DNA of 56,251 nt, filler included, from Squatina squatina (Eukaryota): assembly GCA_031763465.1 (NCBI GenBank). It is 3 parts of 3 records of this genome, joined end to end, with 100 filler letters (N's around TTAATTAATTAA, not from the genome) between each part and the next. Parts side by side here need not be neighbours in the genome. Positions count along the whole stretch, not along the records: positions 37,116 to 56,251 come from JARFOE010000016.1; 2 more parts are not named here. One strand, 5' to 3'. Below are positions 37,413 through 51,600 of this stretch, piece after piece. How positions within the stretch are numbered: position 1 is the stretch's first letter; every line of letters starts with the position of its first letter. A program made the position numbers and the translations under genes. The notes beneath the pieces are model-generated. The model ran no database searches. It saw nothing but the letters and a program-made list of their open reading frames with translations, and was not told the DNA's origin.

Positions 37413-40400
37413 TTTTTTCTTTCTAGGATTAGTGAGTAATGCCTAGGCTGACGCTCCTTTGCAGTACTGAGGGGGTGCTGCACTTTCAGAGGTGCTGTCA
37501 TTCAGATGAAATGCTAAACCAAGATCCCATCTGCCTGTTCAAGGCGATGTGAAAAATTGAAGAAGATTAGAAATTTCTCCTGGTGTCCTGGCCAACATTC
37601 GTCCCTTAACCACCAGAACAAAAAATCAGAAGAATTTAGCATTCGCCTCCTTGCTGTTTGAAGGATCGTTATGTGCACAAAATGGCTGCCGCACTTGCCC
37701 ACATGTCAACAATTTATTGCATCCAAAGAAGCATGTTGAGATGTTACAGACGAGATGAGGTGCAAGACTTTCTTTAAGGAGGGTACTGATGGCGAGATCA
37801 TCATTTAGAGAAAAAAAAAGTTCTGATGTTGAAGCTCATCTAAGCTGAGCTGAGATGTTCTTAGCTTAGAGATCGGGAATGAAAAGCAGGACACATTAGC
37901 AACCCCCGAGGAGCTTTGTTTTCTTCACACACCATAAGACATTAGCCGCTATTCCTATTTCTTCTGTCTACAGTGTTTACTTCTGAATCACTCAAATCTG
38001 ATAATCCTTTGTGAGGTTCTGGTATATTAAAACTTAACACAGTTTTACAATTTTAAGAAAAAGCTGTTTCCAATGGAATAGCTTAATCAAACAGGGCACC
38101 AACAATTTCTTTACATAAAAGCCCTGTGGGGTGAAGTGTCAGGTAGTTGTTCTGATGTGGTATCTAATTAAGTGTCACATTATATAAAGTGAGATCTGAC
38201 TGGCCTTTACCTTGATGTTAATCTCCTTTTCCTTGAAAGTTTAGTTTTAGTGACTCCATTAGAAAGGTGTGGGGGTCTTTCTCTCCCCAACTCCACATTT
38301 TACCGTCCATAGAGTCTTGCAGCACAGAAGGAGGCCATTCAGCACATCCTGCTTCTTTGAAAGACCTTTTCAATTACTTCAACTCCCCCTGCTCTTTCCC
38401 CAAAGCCCTGAAATATTTCCTTTTCAAATATTTATCCAATTCCCTTCTGAAAGTTACTATTGAATCTGCTTCCACCGCCCTTTCAGGCANNNNNNNNNNN
38501 NNNNNNNNNNNNNNNNNNNNNNNNNNNNNNNNNNNNNNNNNNNNNNNNNNNNNNNNNNNNNNNNNNNNNNNNNNNNNNNNNNNNNNNNNAGTAACACTAT
38601 TATACCCTGATGTTGTCTTTTGTAACTACCATTTTAAGATTAACTTGCGTTTATATAGCAACTTTCATAATATCAGGATGTCCCAAAGCGCTTTACAGCC
38701 AATTAAGTACTTTTGAAGTGTAGTCATGGTTGTAATGCAGGAAAACGCATTTTGTGCACAGCAAGGTCGCGAAAACAGCAATGAGATAAATTACCTTATA
38801 ATCTGTTTTAATTATAAATTAAATATCTAATGGGGAAGGCTTCCTCTAGTCAGTATGTGTTGCATCGTCATAAACATCAGAAGATTTCCTATCTTCACTA
38901 TCTCTGGTAAAACATACTCTTCACATTGCTGAGCGGCAGCTTTGACTTTGCCTGCAGTGCTGTGAAGTGAATGGGGCAGCACTACTCTTCAGGGGTGCCG
39001 AAAGCCACTGAGAAGAGCTGGTGGCTCTGCTGGCAGCGCAAACACAGACACTGCTGCCAGAAGCAGAGGTCGCTATATTTTCTGGCTATGAGTGGGCTGA
39101 GACGTGGATTGCTGATCCTGACCTCGCCAAACAACCCTCATCCGCAGGGAATGGTGCAACAGCTAAGACAAAAGCAGTAAAGTTTCTTTTTCCACAGTGC
39201 CAGCAGCCTCAGACTTGCGGGGGCTAGCTGATTTGGTAATTTCTCAATCNNNNNNNNNNNNNNNNNNNNNNNNNNNNNNNNNNNNNNNNNNNNNNNNNNN
39301 NNNNNNNNNNNNNNNNNNNNNNNNNNNNNNNNNNNNNNNNNNNNNNNNNCTGGCCTATATGTGACTCCAGACCCACAGCAATGTGGTTGACTCTTATCTG
39401 CCCTCTGAAATGGCCTAGCAAGCCACGCAATTTTATTCAAGAATTCGGCTCACCACCACCTTCTCGAGGGCAATTAGGGATGGGTAATAAATGCTGGCCT
39501 TGTTAGCGATGCCCACATCACGTGAATAAATAATAAAGAAAGGATTGAGTAAGGAAGCAAAAGCCAGCTGCTGCCAGCAGAGCCATCTCCATTGAAGAAC
39601 AAAAACTTACATTTATATAGCACCTTCCACGACCTCAGGACGTCCCCAAAGTTCTTTACAGCCAATGAAGCAATCTTGCAGTGTAACCACTGTTATAATG
39701 CAGGGAAACATGGCCGCTAATTTGAGCACAGCAAGATCCAACAAACAGCAATTTTGATAAATGACCAGATGTGCTATTCTGTGATGTTTGGTTAAGGGAT
39801 AAATATTAAGCCGGGAGATACAGGAAGGAGGTCATCACTTCATGGGAGAAAGAGGGTGGGGAAAGGAAATCGTCAGAGAAAATGGGCGAGGAAAAGAAAA
39901 ATGCCAATTGAAATAAAATAAGTGAGATTTGCGCACCAAGAGTGACTCTCACTCTGCCTTGCTTTCCTTTCCTTTGTGTCAAAGAGAGAGAAAAAATTGA
40001 CATCTTGTGGAAAAACACCAGCTGTTGACTCGAGGCCATTTTAACATGCTTGGATTCATCTGATTAAAGTGAATCCTCAATGTTTCTTTTCCCCTTTTAC
40101 CAATGTCACCTCGCGCGCTTCACATTACAATAGAAACCATAGCAAATGCCTCTTTAGCATGAGATATGAGATATCAGATCAAGCCCCTGGTAATTTTTAT
40201 TGAAAAGTAGTAATTGAATTCTATTGTACAAATAGTACATAATAATATGTCAGGTATCTTCTACAAAATAATGACATGGTTAATTAAATTTACCGTGGCT
40301 CCCCTGCTGCTAGGGTCCAGCCCAAAAGCATTAATAGACTGGCTGCTTTCTGAAGAAGCACAGCTCAAATAAAGCACAGTTACCAAACCTGTGATTGTCT

Positions 40401-41999
40401 CTTTTCCTCAAAACACTAAACGCTTCTGACAATTGAATCCTTGGTTCGAGGGGCCTGGGAGCTACAGTGCGACTGCTCTGGACTGACATCAAGGAGATCA
40501 GGAGGCAGAATCCTATTCTCCATTGACAGCAACTCTTGTTTTTTATTATTTTAAACTTTATTTTCAATGTTCCCTCCTGAGGGTTTTGACTCATGCTGGG
40601 ATATGGTGCCATGGACACTTGTCAGCTCAGCTCTACCTCACAAGACTAGTCAACGATGCAGCAAGGTCATTCGGGACATCAATGCTTTACAATCCTTTGA
40701 GTTGGCCTGCACCGTCCATTCAAGTCTTTAGAAAAATATGGTTCACTCCCTCTAGAACCTTAACTCTCCCAGCCTGGCATTCAGCTCCATTTTCAATGCC
40801 ACCTCATGACCCGCCTGCGGGATTACCTTGAAAATGATGCCATAAAACTATCGAGATTTATGGCAAAGAAGGAGGTCATTTAACCTATTGGCTCTATGCC
40901 GGCTCGCTGCTCAAGCTGTGCAAAACCAATTCCACTGCTCCACCCCCTCCCCATGATCTTCTGCCTTCCTCTGCTTTGAGTCTTTATCCAATTCTCCCTT
41001 ATGAGATGCAGTTGTCTCTGCCTCAGCCATTCTCTGTGGCAAATGATCCCATGTTCCAACATTCTTCTATTTAAAGACTCATCAGTCTCTGAGTAATTAT
41101 TTTGAATGGCTGCCCCCTCCTCACTGACTCCCCTTCCAGAGGAAGTCATCTTTTTCTATTCAATCTATCATGACTCTTCATCATTTAAAAACCTCTATTA
41201 TATTAGGCCTATATTCCCGGGAGTTTAGAAGAATGAGAGGTGATTTCATTGAATCATATAAAATTCTTAAAGGGTAGATGCTGAGCGGCTGTGGAGGCTC
41301 AGTCGNNNNNNNNNNNNNNNNNNNNNNNNNNNNNNNNNNNNNNNNNNNNNNNNNNNNNNNNNNNNNNNNNNNNNNNNNNNNNNNNNNNNNNNNNNNNNNN
41401 NNNNNAGTCTACAGACATGACCACCCCGCCCCCACGCCACAGAAATGGCCACCCCTACCCGCTCCACAGTCACAGACAGCCCTCCAGTATCTCACTCAAA
41501 TGGGCTACTCTTCATGGGTCAGGATGATGAATGTCAGGCAGTGGAGTCTGTACAGCATCAAAGCTGATCCAATCTGTCCTCACCAGCATATGTGGACTTC
41601 CTGGCATTAGGATGCTTTGGGATGATGTGGCTGATTGTAACCACTCGCTCCATCGCTGTCACTGTCCCGCCAGCTGCCTTACCCCTAAGCTCTGGAATTC
41701 CCTCCCTAACCCCCTCCACCTCCCCCTCCTCCTTTAAAACACGCCTTAAAACCTCTTTGACCAAGCTTTTGGTCACCTGCCCTAATATCTCCGTATGTGG
41801 CTCGGTGTCACATTCTGTTCAACAATGCTCCTCTGAAGCTCCTTGGGATGTTTAACTGCCTTAAAGGCGCCATATAAATGCAAGTTATTGTTGTTGTAGA
41901 TTGACTGACTGGGCACAAGAAGCTCACTGGAATTGGGCTGTATGGCTTAGAATCAACCAAGGAGCACATTTCTCTGGGGTAGGGATGAAATGGCTGGCA

Positions 42000-42355
42000 C
42001 AGAATATGGGAACAGGAGCAGGCCATTCAGCCCTTCAAACCTGTTGCACCATTCAACTAGATCAAGGCAGATCTGTATTTTAACTCAATTTACCTGCCAC
42101 AATTCCGTAACCTTAATATCCTTACCCAACAAAAAAAATCTATCAATCTCACTTTTGACATTTTCAATTGACCTCCAGTCACAACAGTTTTTTGGGGAGA
42201 GTTCCAGATTTCCACGCCCCTTTGTGTGAAAAGGTGCTTCCTCACATCACCCCTGAATGGCCTAGCTTTAATGTTCAGGCTCTGCACCATTGTTCTGGAC
42301 TCCACCACCAGAGGAAATAGTTTCTCTCAATCTACCTTATTGAATCATTTCATCA
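42000..42355 (-). mobile_element. CR1 LINE 3' end
   Basis: Minus strand reads VESRTMVQSLNIKARPFRGDVRKHLFTQRGVEIWNS, followed by a CR1 tail. Confidence 0.8.
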
Positions 42356-42982
42356 AATACAAATGGTTTGCTGATTTGAAATATTCAGTGTTCTCTGTGT
42401 TTCTTAAATGGAGTCACTGAATGAATGATTAAATAGGCCACGAGAGAATGATTTGCAAATCGTCTATTTTTGATCATCACTCTGTAGGATTCCTGAACCC
42501 AACAGAACATCTCTTGACGAACTAATTATGCATTTCATCAGGACTCAGCTGTGGTTAGAAATTCACATCTACGTATATTATTATACGAGTCACTGGTACT
42601 TAATTGAAAATGGTTGGCAGCTGCTTTCATCTAACAGTTTAGCTTTTGGAAAATAAATCCGAAAGTTATCGCCTGATTCTCCCATGCAGCAACATATTGA
42701 TGGAAGGATATGTTGTTGGGATGAGCTGAAGTAAAGTACTCGGAGGCTCGTGTGGAGCAGAAACACTGGCATGGGCCTGTTGGGCCGAATGGCCTGTTTG
42801 TGTGCTGTAAATTCTATGTTATACTACATATGCCACACAGAACCTAAGAACATAAGAATTAGGAGCAGGAGTGGGCTATTCGGCCCCTCGAGCCTGCTCC
42901 GCCATTCAACAAGATCATGGCTGATCTACAACCTCAACTCCACTTTCCCACCCGATCTCCATATTCCTTGATCCCCCGCGAG

Positions 42983-43740
42983 TGAGGCCCCAACTCGTCT
43001 GCACTGAAACCAGTCACAACATTTGGGCCCCCACAGCTGAAAGTGCGCTGTGTCACCAGCGATGCACTGGGATGCAGCCTTGGTGACTTAGTCACTGTTC
43101 CGTGTCAGCGTAACGTGGCAATGCTAAATCAGCATTGCCAAGGCACTGACCCGGCACTGACCTGGCCAATGCTGCGTCACATCTGAGTTGGTCCAGCAGC
43201 ATGGGGTTAGCTACACTGCTGGCACAACCGTGCATGCGCAAGCCACGGCCCCGCCCCCTGCCTTAAAGGCAAGGGCCGCAGGCTTGCCATCGGCTGAGGG
43301 ATCCAGGGCCCACTGGACCACCAGGACGGAAGGAAACGACTGGAGAATGTGCCGGCACGCCAGAGAGCAAGCTGGCAAAGTGGGGGTGGGGTGGGGTGCG
43401 GATGCTTTCTTCTGCGGCGATCGGCCATCACACTTTGGCCGATGTTAAAAGATGGCAGCTGCCGGCGCAGGACAAGCTACTGTAACGGTCCCTAACAACG
43501 ACAGGTGAAACCTGTCACAGTGGGGTCGTGGGCGGACACAGAGGGGTCGGTGTGCAGTGTTATGATATCACGCATTGGACACCGGTGCCAACTGCATCCC
43601 CGGCGGTGGGGCCTATTCGCTGCCAGGGCACCATGTCCAATAAACCATTTTCCAATTTTTTGTCTCAGTGTTGATTTTATGCCCGGGCAGCTCCACTAAT
43701 CGGCGCTACTTGGGCATGAAATCACACCAACTGGGGCCCC
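42983..43740. mobile_element. GC-rich TIR element nested in a minus-strand CR1 3' end
   Basis: Ends GAGGCCCCAACT / CAACTGGGGCCCC. CR1 sequence stops at about 42975 and resumes at about 43741. Confidence 0.55.
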
Positions 43741-45784
43741 CAAAAATCTATCACTTTCTGCCTCGAATATACTCAATGACTGAGCACCCACAGCCCTCTG
43801 GGGTAGTGAATTCCAAAGCTTCACAGCCCTCTGAGCAAGGAAATTCCCCTTGATCTCAGTCTAAAAAGGCTGACGCCTGATCCTGAGACTTTTTTAGCCA
43901 GTACAGACACAATGGGCCAGCATTTATTGCCCATTCCTGGGCCTGTGGGGCCGAGGGTCCTGTTTCTCTGCTGTAAATTCGATGTAATGTCTAGGACCTC
44001 GTTAGTCCTGTTGTTGCCTGAGAGACTCTGTCGTGGTTCCAAACTATTGAAGTGTCATCAACGAAATCAATGTTTTTTTGTTGTAAAGATGCTGTTTAAA
44101 TTCCACAATTAAAAATGACTTATATTCCTGAAATGTGATACTTGTGCTATCACAGCACTTCTTCTGAAGAGTCCAATCAGATGTCCAGTTTGACGTGTTT
44201 AAAACTACCATAAACATTTATACAGCTGAGTCCTGAGGCAATTAATATATGAGTCAGAGGGGCAATGAAACATGAACAATGAGACTCCTTCGATGCTGGA
44301 ATTAATAATTGCATAGCGCATTGCCATACTGTAACCGTAACCTCCCAGATCTCTGCACTCCTCCAATTCTGGCCTCTTGCACTCCCCTGATTTCCATTGC
44401 CCCACCATTGGCAGGTAAGCCTTCAGCTGCTTAGGCCCTAATCTCTGGAATTCCCTTCCCAAACCTCTCCATCTCTCGCTCCTCCTTTAANNNNNNNNNN
44501 NNNNNNNNNNNNNNNNNNNNNNNNNNNNNNNNNNNNNNNNNNNNNNNNNNNNNNNNNNNNNNNNNNNNNNNNNNNNNNNNNNNNNNNNNNTAAACAGAGG
44601 CCCCGTTTGCTCTCTCATGTGGACATAAAGGATCCCAGGACCACTATTTCAAAAAAGAGCAGGGGAGTTCTCCCTGGTGTCCTGCCCCGATATTTATCCC
44701 TCAACCACCATCATGTACAAAGGCTTATCCATTCATTTATCACTTTGCTATTTGTGTGAGCTTGCTGTGTGAAAATCAGCCACCATTTCTCCGACATTAT
44801 AACAGCGACTGAGTACATCATTGGCTGCTAAATGCTTCGGGATGTGGTGAGGTCACAAAAGACGTGCCATAATAGAAAGTTCTTGAGGAGAGAAGGGGAA
44901 CAAAATGTGATTACCGCTGGTTCAATTCTTGAGTTTCTTCTGTAAGGCATCGATGAGGGACAATGAGCACATAAGATCCAGTGGCTTTGCGCTCCTTGAG
45001 TGGCCGACATGTTGGTAATGAGGAGACCTGTATTGGATACCAGCTGAGAATTGCACCCTTATGTTGTGTTCTAATTAGGTGCCAATCCATTCCACAATGC
45101 TTCCTCTTTGCTGAATGAACATTAACTTATTGCAACTGAGAAATAAGTCAATGGTACTAATGCAGTTTATACCAACAGGATGTAATTAGTAAGTGTTCAT
45201 GGGTGTAATTATGAAAGAAGCTGTTGAACGGCTGTACATATGGTGAAATCTAAAAATAATTAATGAATTCCGCTGTGTGTAAAAAAAAATCCTGTACATT
45301 TATTATCAGTTTAAGCCGGGCGGGTGTCAGCTAAGAGTATGAGTCACAAATCTTTCTCATTACACCTCTACTGTCAGCATGTTTTACAATATTTTGAATA
45401 TTGTTGCTTCACTTGGGAGACAAGGTTATATCGGGTATATGCTCCCTCTGTAACCCAGCGCGTCACTGCTGTCAGCTCATGAATCAGTGGGTCACACTCA
45501 CGCCTCTGAGTCTGAATGTAATGGGTTCAAGTTCTCGCTCCAGAGTCTACGAGCACAAAATCCGGCCTGACGTTCCCCATTGAAGTACTGAGGGAGTACT
45601 GCAGTGTCGGAGGTGCCGTCTTTCAGATGGGACTTTAAACTTGTCTGTCTTTTCAAGTCATCATAAACTATGCCACAACACTATNNNNNNNNNNNNNNNN
45701 NNNNNNNNNNNNNNNNNNNNNNNNNNNNNNNNNNNNNNNNNNNNNNNNNNNNNNNNNNNNNNNNNNNNNNNNNNNNNNNNNNNN

Positions 45785-46962
45785 GTTGAACCAAAAGATG
45801 TTTTATTATGTGTTGCCACAGATAAGACAAAATCAATGATACAGAGCAGTTATAGTAATTCCCCTTTAAATTATAGTTTGGCTGAGACTTGCGAGTGTCG
45901 CGTTTCACACTGCTGCGTTCACATGTCTTGGGGTTTGGGCGTATGCTCACCAGAACTCGCAGTGCTGCGTCTTCCACTGGTCGGTCTGAAGCCCCGATGG
46001 CGACTGCTAACCAGATTGGGATCGTGGAGGCGACGGCGTGGATGGGAGCTGATGGTGTGGTCCAAGTGAGCCTGATCGTGGCTGGTGGAGGTCTCCAGGT
46101 GCATCTAGAGGCGCAGCTGTGGTGGAACCCCGATGATGACTCGCCAGTCGTCGGTGTGGAACTCGCCCTCTACCTGGGCTGATCGGTGGTGCTGGACCTC
46201 GGAGGCTGGGACCTGGAAGGTGAAGTGTGCTGCTTCGGATCGGGGCGTGTAGCAGAAGTTCTCCGAAGCCTACTTTTCTTGGATCGCTGATCGTGAGGGT
46301 CTTCGTTAACTTGTTACTCATGTTCTTCTTTCGTTCACCTCACTTGTTCCTGCTTTCCAAGAGCGACAGAGGTCGACGGAGAGAGCGCTTGAGACCCTCT
46401 GCGAGCCGGGCAATTGTACTATTTTTCTGGCCCAAAGTGTTTGGCGCCAGTGTTATTCTTTTGTTGTACAAAGTTTGTCAGACATGGCTCTCTCCACATT
46501 TAAACTTGTGCACTCAGTATTGTTTGCTGTTGTGACTCCCACCCCTGGCTAGGTGGCCGGGTTTGAACAATACTGACACGGTTTACGGTTCTCAAAAATC
46601 AGTTGAAGCCCATTGCCTGTATCGGGCGTTAATGGATGCAGAATCAAATTTGTAATGTTCCACCACCTGGATCAGGCGATAATGGCTCTTTACAATGGGT
46701 CATCTCCACAAACCCATTGAGTGTACAATGTTTTTCACCACTACGTGGTCAGGTTATGTAAAAGGGTCCCTTTCTCTCTTTCGATGCGTATGCTGGTTTC
46801 TGTTGAATTCTTGTTGTACGTTGAATAAAAGCTTCTGTGGTTTTACAGGAGCCTGACTGTCTGTTCCTTAATTCTGCAGTGTCCATCTTGCAAAACGAAA
46901 CCACCATTTTAGTGTCCATTCTTTTCTGTGGGCAAAATGAGAATTCTAGCCCGAATTCTACA
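45785..46962 (+). mobile_element. LTR-like element (5' end in the gap), inserted into a DeuSINE
   Basis: TATA-like TATGTAAAA at about 46755, AATAAA at about 46824, U5-like segment ending GAATTCTACA. A mid-SINE sequence follows immediately. CpG-rich interior. Confidence 0.55.
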
Positions 46963-47222
46963 GGTTGATTGAAGGATATATATTGGCCAGGATACCAGGG
47001 GCATCACACCTGCTCTTCTTCGAACAGTGGCCACGGATCTTTTACATCCATCTTAGAGGGCAGATGGTTTGATGTTTACATCCAGAAGGCGACAGTTGTG
47101 ACAGTGCTGCACCCCCTCAATACTGGGAGTGCCAGCCTGGTTTATGGGCTCAAGTCTCTGAAGTGAGGCTTGAACCAATGACTCGGAGGTGAGGGTGTTA
47201 CTCACTGAAGCATGGCTGACAT
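46963..47222 (-). mobile_element. DeuSINE 5' half (interrupted by the LTR-like element)
   Basis: GTTGATTGAAGGATATATATTGGCCAGGATACC...GGCTTGAACC...CATGGCTGAC. Confidence 0.7.
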
Positions 47223-48234
47223 CTTGCAGGCCGCAGGCAAATAGGAGGTAAAGTCAGATTCAGTCAGTAAAATCCCAGGAACCAATAAAAAAAAAACCAG
47301 TGCCCTTGGGAAACGAAAACAAAAGTCACCTGGGGTTTCATTAATGATCACCATGTGGTGACCCTAGCCAGATCATAACATTCTGTGTACACGGTTATTC
47401 GCTGAGGACAGGATCGGGCTGAGTTGTGATTCCCCGTGTGGGTGAATGGCCAGCATCAAGACACTATCTGCACTCATGCATGTAGAATGGCCATGGTGGG
47501 GGGTGGGGGGGCGTGCGGGTGGCAGTGGGGAGGTGCTACAGAAGCATAACATGGCAGGTGTCAGCACCTTCAGCAAGTTAGAGTACGTATATGTTTGAAG
47601 AAAAAAGCAAGCTGTAAGATTACTGCAGGCAGATGATTGCACCCCGTGCAGCCATCCTGCTTGGCGCCCGGTGAGGTGAATGCTAATTTAGGAGATCGAG
47701 ATATCTTAAATAGCCAGTCACACTGTGAAAATTCATTTCTTTATTCACCCAAACAAAACTTTTTTTTTATCTGAACACACAAAAAGAAATCTCTCCATTA
47801 AACAGCTGTCCTGTGTTGACTTTCATTGTGGCGCTGTGTACTTTGACAAGCGTGAGTGAGCAGTGTGACATCTGGAGACACAATAAGCGAACCTTCTTGG
47901 TAAGTCTGCAAATGTCAGCTTGCCTGTAAGTGGAAGAATATCTGCTGTGAAATCTATCGTACCGTTGAACATGATGTGCCGCTCTCAGCTCTGGTATTGT
48001 TTCCAGGGTTTTACTGATGATCCAGCAGGAAATGTTGTGGGAGGAACAATTGTATTCTATATAAGCACACAGCGCAGCCTGGGCTGGGGAGAGGGTGTGA
48101 TGACTTTACATTATAAATGGAAATTTATAGCAGAGAAGGTTTGTCAGGAAACGTTTGCAGATAGAAGACTTTTTAATAGAGTCCCCCTAACGCTTATAGC
48201 AGAAGCGCTGGTCTTAATGTGAGGTGGCTGGTAT

Positions 48235-48650
48235 AACAACAACTTGTATTTATATAGCGCAATTAATGTAGAAACGCATCCCAAGGCGCTTCACAGAAGT
48301 TATCAAAAACAATTTGCCTCCGAGGCTCAGAAGGAGATATTAGTGCAGGTGACCAAAAGCTTGGTCAAAGTGGTAGGTTTTAAGGAGCGTTTTAAAGGAG
48401 GAGAGAGAGGTAGAGAGGCGGAGAGGTTTACGGAGGGAATTCCAGAGCTTAGGGCCCAGGCTACAGAAGGCACAGCTGCCAATGGAGGTGCAATAGAAAC
48501 CAGGGATTCCCGAGAGGCCAGAATTGGAGGAGTGAAGAGATCTTGAGGGGTTGTGGGACTGAAGGAGATTACAGAGATAGGGAGGGGTGAGGCCTTGGAG
48601 GGATTTGAAAACAAGGATGAGAGTTTTAAAATTGAAACGTTACCTGACCT
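48235..48650 (-). mobile_element. L2 LINE 3' end
   Basis: AACAACAACTTGTATTTATATAGCGC tail plus GACCAAAAGCTTGGTCAAAG...GAATTCCAGAGCTTAGGGCC. Confidence 0.78.
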
Positions 48651-51600
48651 TTAAAATTTGTAAAGAAGGATAGCTCATCTGACATTTTGATTGATAACTT
48701 TTTAGAATGGGAGATTACAATGTGGAACTTTCTCTTTGGAGATTAAATGGGTGGGGCAAAGACCATAATTGGGTGGATTTAACATAGCATGCAGAAGGAT
48801 CAGTCTTGATAATCAGTTTAGTCTTTTCTTGTTCCGTGCTTTGTAATGTTTCAATCCTTGAGAGCTGTGAAAAGCATCAGTGGATTTATGAGCTATTCCT
48901 GAAACACGGGGCATACTTCATTCGGCATTACTTGTTTGGCTTGGCAACCTAGGAGAAGAATCACTTTGGTAAGTCTTCAAACTCCCACTAAGGAAAGGGG
49001 GTTAGTGTAGTGTTGGGAGTTAACCAATTGTGAGTAAGGGAACACGGACGAGCTTAGTTTAAGAAGTCCAAGGGGAAGTAATCTATTTGTTGTTAGTCAT
49101 ATGGGAACGTTAGCATCAGTTTTGCCATATTGAGATTCGCTGTACATATTAAACATACGTTTATTGTTCGAAATCTGAAACTTGTGTCGATTGCATTANN
49201 NNNNNNNNNNNNNNNNNNNNNNNNNNNNNNNNNNNNNNNNNNNNNNNNNNNNNNNNNNNNNNNNNNNNNNNNNNNNNNNNNNNNNNNNNNNNNNNNNNCT
49301 TGGTGCCACAGGCTTGGCTCCTGCTGCATTCTCCCAAGAAGCCATCTCCCCCATCAGTATCTATAATGGAAGGTCTGTTTGCAGGAGAGATGGACCCAGG
49401 GGACTCCTGGTCTTGCCAGCAACGGCCGCATCCCTTGAATGAAGAAAAAGAAACACAGCACAACTGCTGCTGGCTGTTGAACTGTACCAGAGGGAAGTTT
49501 GCTGTCTTTGGGAGATTCAGGGGAGCTAACTGGAAAAGAAGAGGAATCTGGAGCGAACATGTCATGTAAGTGGGCTAAAACACGATAATTATTCAGAATT
49601 GAACATATTGATGGTAGAGAGAAAATGATTTGGGATTTTGAATATCTATTTAGCTAAAATATTTGCTTTAGTTATTCATAAAAGTGTAACAAAGCAGAAA
49701 AACTGCAAATGTTGCAAATTCGGAATAAAAACACAAAAAGTTGGAAATACATAGCAGCTCAGTCAGCATTGGTGAGGAGGCATTGCTGTTTNNNNNNNNN
49801 NGAACATCATAATGCTGTGTATTTCCAACATTTTCTGTTCGCATAAGTGAGATTACTAGGAAGGAAATATTGTTACTACTTTGGAAGTTTAAAATGTCTC
49901 TCTTTACTTAAACTGCCTCTGCCATTTTGATTTGGGAAGAACAAGCCAATAGATAGTCAGACAGATAGGCAGATAGGGCTGTGATAGAGGAAGGGGCAAA
50001 ATGGATTGGCATTGTTCCCTAATTTGCTGCGAACAAGGTCAATCTCTCCAAAGGTCAAACTGATAAAAATCAGTAATACTTGGTGTTACCTGCCCAAGTT
50101 TTGGAACTTGGTGTCTGGCTCGGTAGTGATTTGGCAATCTTTGTGTCTTTGGCCAAGATTCATAAATATCTGCCATATTTGTTAGTTCATACCTTGTAGT
50201 AGCTGTAATACGCAGTGACTGTACATAATCATCTATGAGAACGAGAAGCAAAGCAACAGGACTTTTGGCAGAGTGAAAAGCAAACACAGCGTTCTGAACA
50301 CTGACACTGGCTCTGCTCGACTGAAGTATTTGATCCCACCTGGCAGCTGCTTGTTGGCAGAGCCACTGTGAAAGGTGAGCCATCTTTTGTTTTGGCATGA
50401 GTCACTGCTACTCAATGATATTCATACACAGGACTATTCCATATTTACAAAAGATGACCTCTTATTGTCTACTTTTGTCAAAAGTAAGAAGGAACTTGCA
50501 TTTATAAAGCTGGTCATTTATCTCATTGCTGTTTGTAGGAGCTTCCTGTGCGGAATTCTGACGACTGCAATTCCCTACATTACAACAGTGGCTACACTTC
50601 AAAAATACTTCAATAGCTGTAAAGCATTTCGAGATGTTCTAAGGCCGTGAAAAGCGCTATATGAATGCAATTTCTTTCTTCCATTATTATTGAAACACCA
50701 GCATGCTACATTTGATACTTACCTACTTGAGCATTTGATTGGAGCTGATTTATTCTAACTGGAGGGTTTAACTTGCAGCACAAGCTGCTGACTCGGAGCG
50801 AGAGTGTTACCCACTGAGCGGTGGTTGAAGTGGTGAGCACTCACAGCTGTGATGGGAGGAGAAAGCGAAGAGAAGTCAACCGAATGCAGCTCAACGGGCT
50901 CCGAACCACCATCTCTGCCAATGTCTCCCTGAAGCTTGGAGGCCAGCACATTGTTAGGCACTGAATTACAAAGAAAAGAACTTGCATTTCTGTAGCGTCT
51001 TTCACAACCTCAGGACATCCCAAAGTGATTTACAGCCAATGAAGCACTTTTGAAGTGTAATCACTGTTGTAACGTAGAAAATTTGAATTAATCACCATTG
51101 AATTAAAGGCACGGAGAAGAGCCTTTTGATCCCTTTGATTTCAATGATGTCACCTGTAAACAATACGACAGCTTTCATAAATACCAGCATAGTCCTGTTA
51201 GGCTGAATGGCCTGTTTCCCTGCTGTATGTGGTTCTATGAAAATTGTCAAATCACATAGAATTTACAGCACAGAAACAGGCCATTCGGCCCCACTGGTCT
51301 ATGCCGGTGTTTATGCTCCACACGAGTCTCCTCTCACCCTACTTCATCTCACCCTGTCAGCATGTCCTTCTATTCCTTTCTCCCTCATATACTTATCCAG
51401 CTTCCCCTTAAATTAATTTTTGTAATGTTATACCATGTTTTGACACCAGTTGGGGCAACTGGGATTGAGAGCTGGCCCAAGAAAGGTTTAGCCAAATCTT
51501 TTACTGTGTTTTTTACTTGGTAGACTGTGCCCCTTTAACCCAGATACTAGGCAACATTGACAAATTAAATCACACTGAGCCAATATCAGCACTGTCCCCT

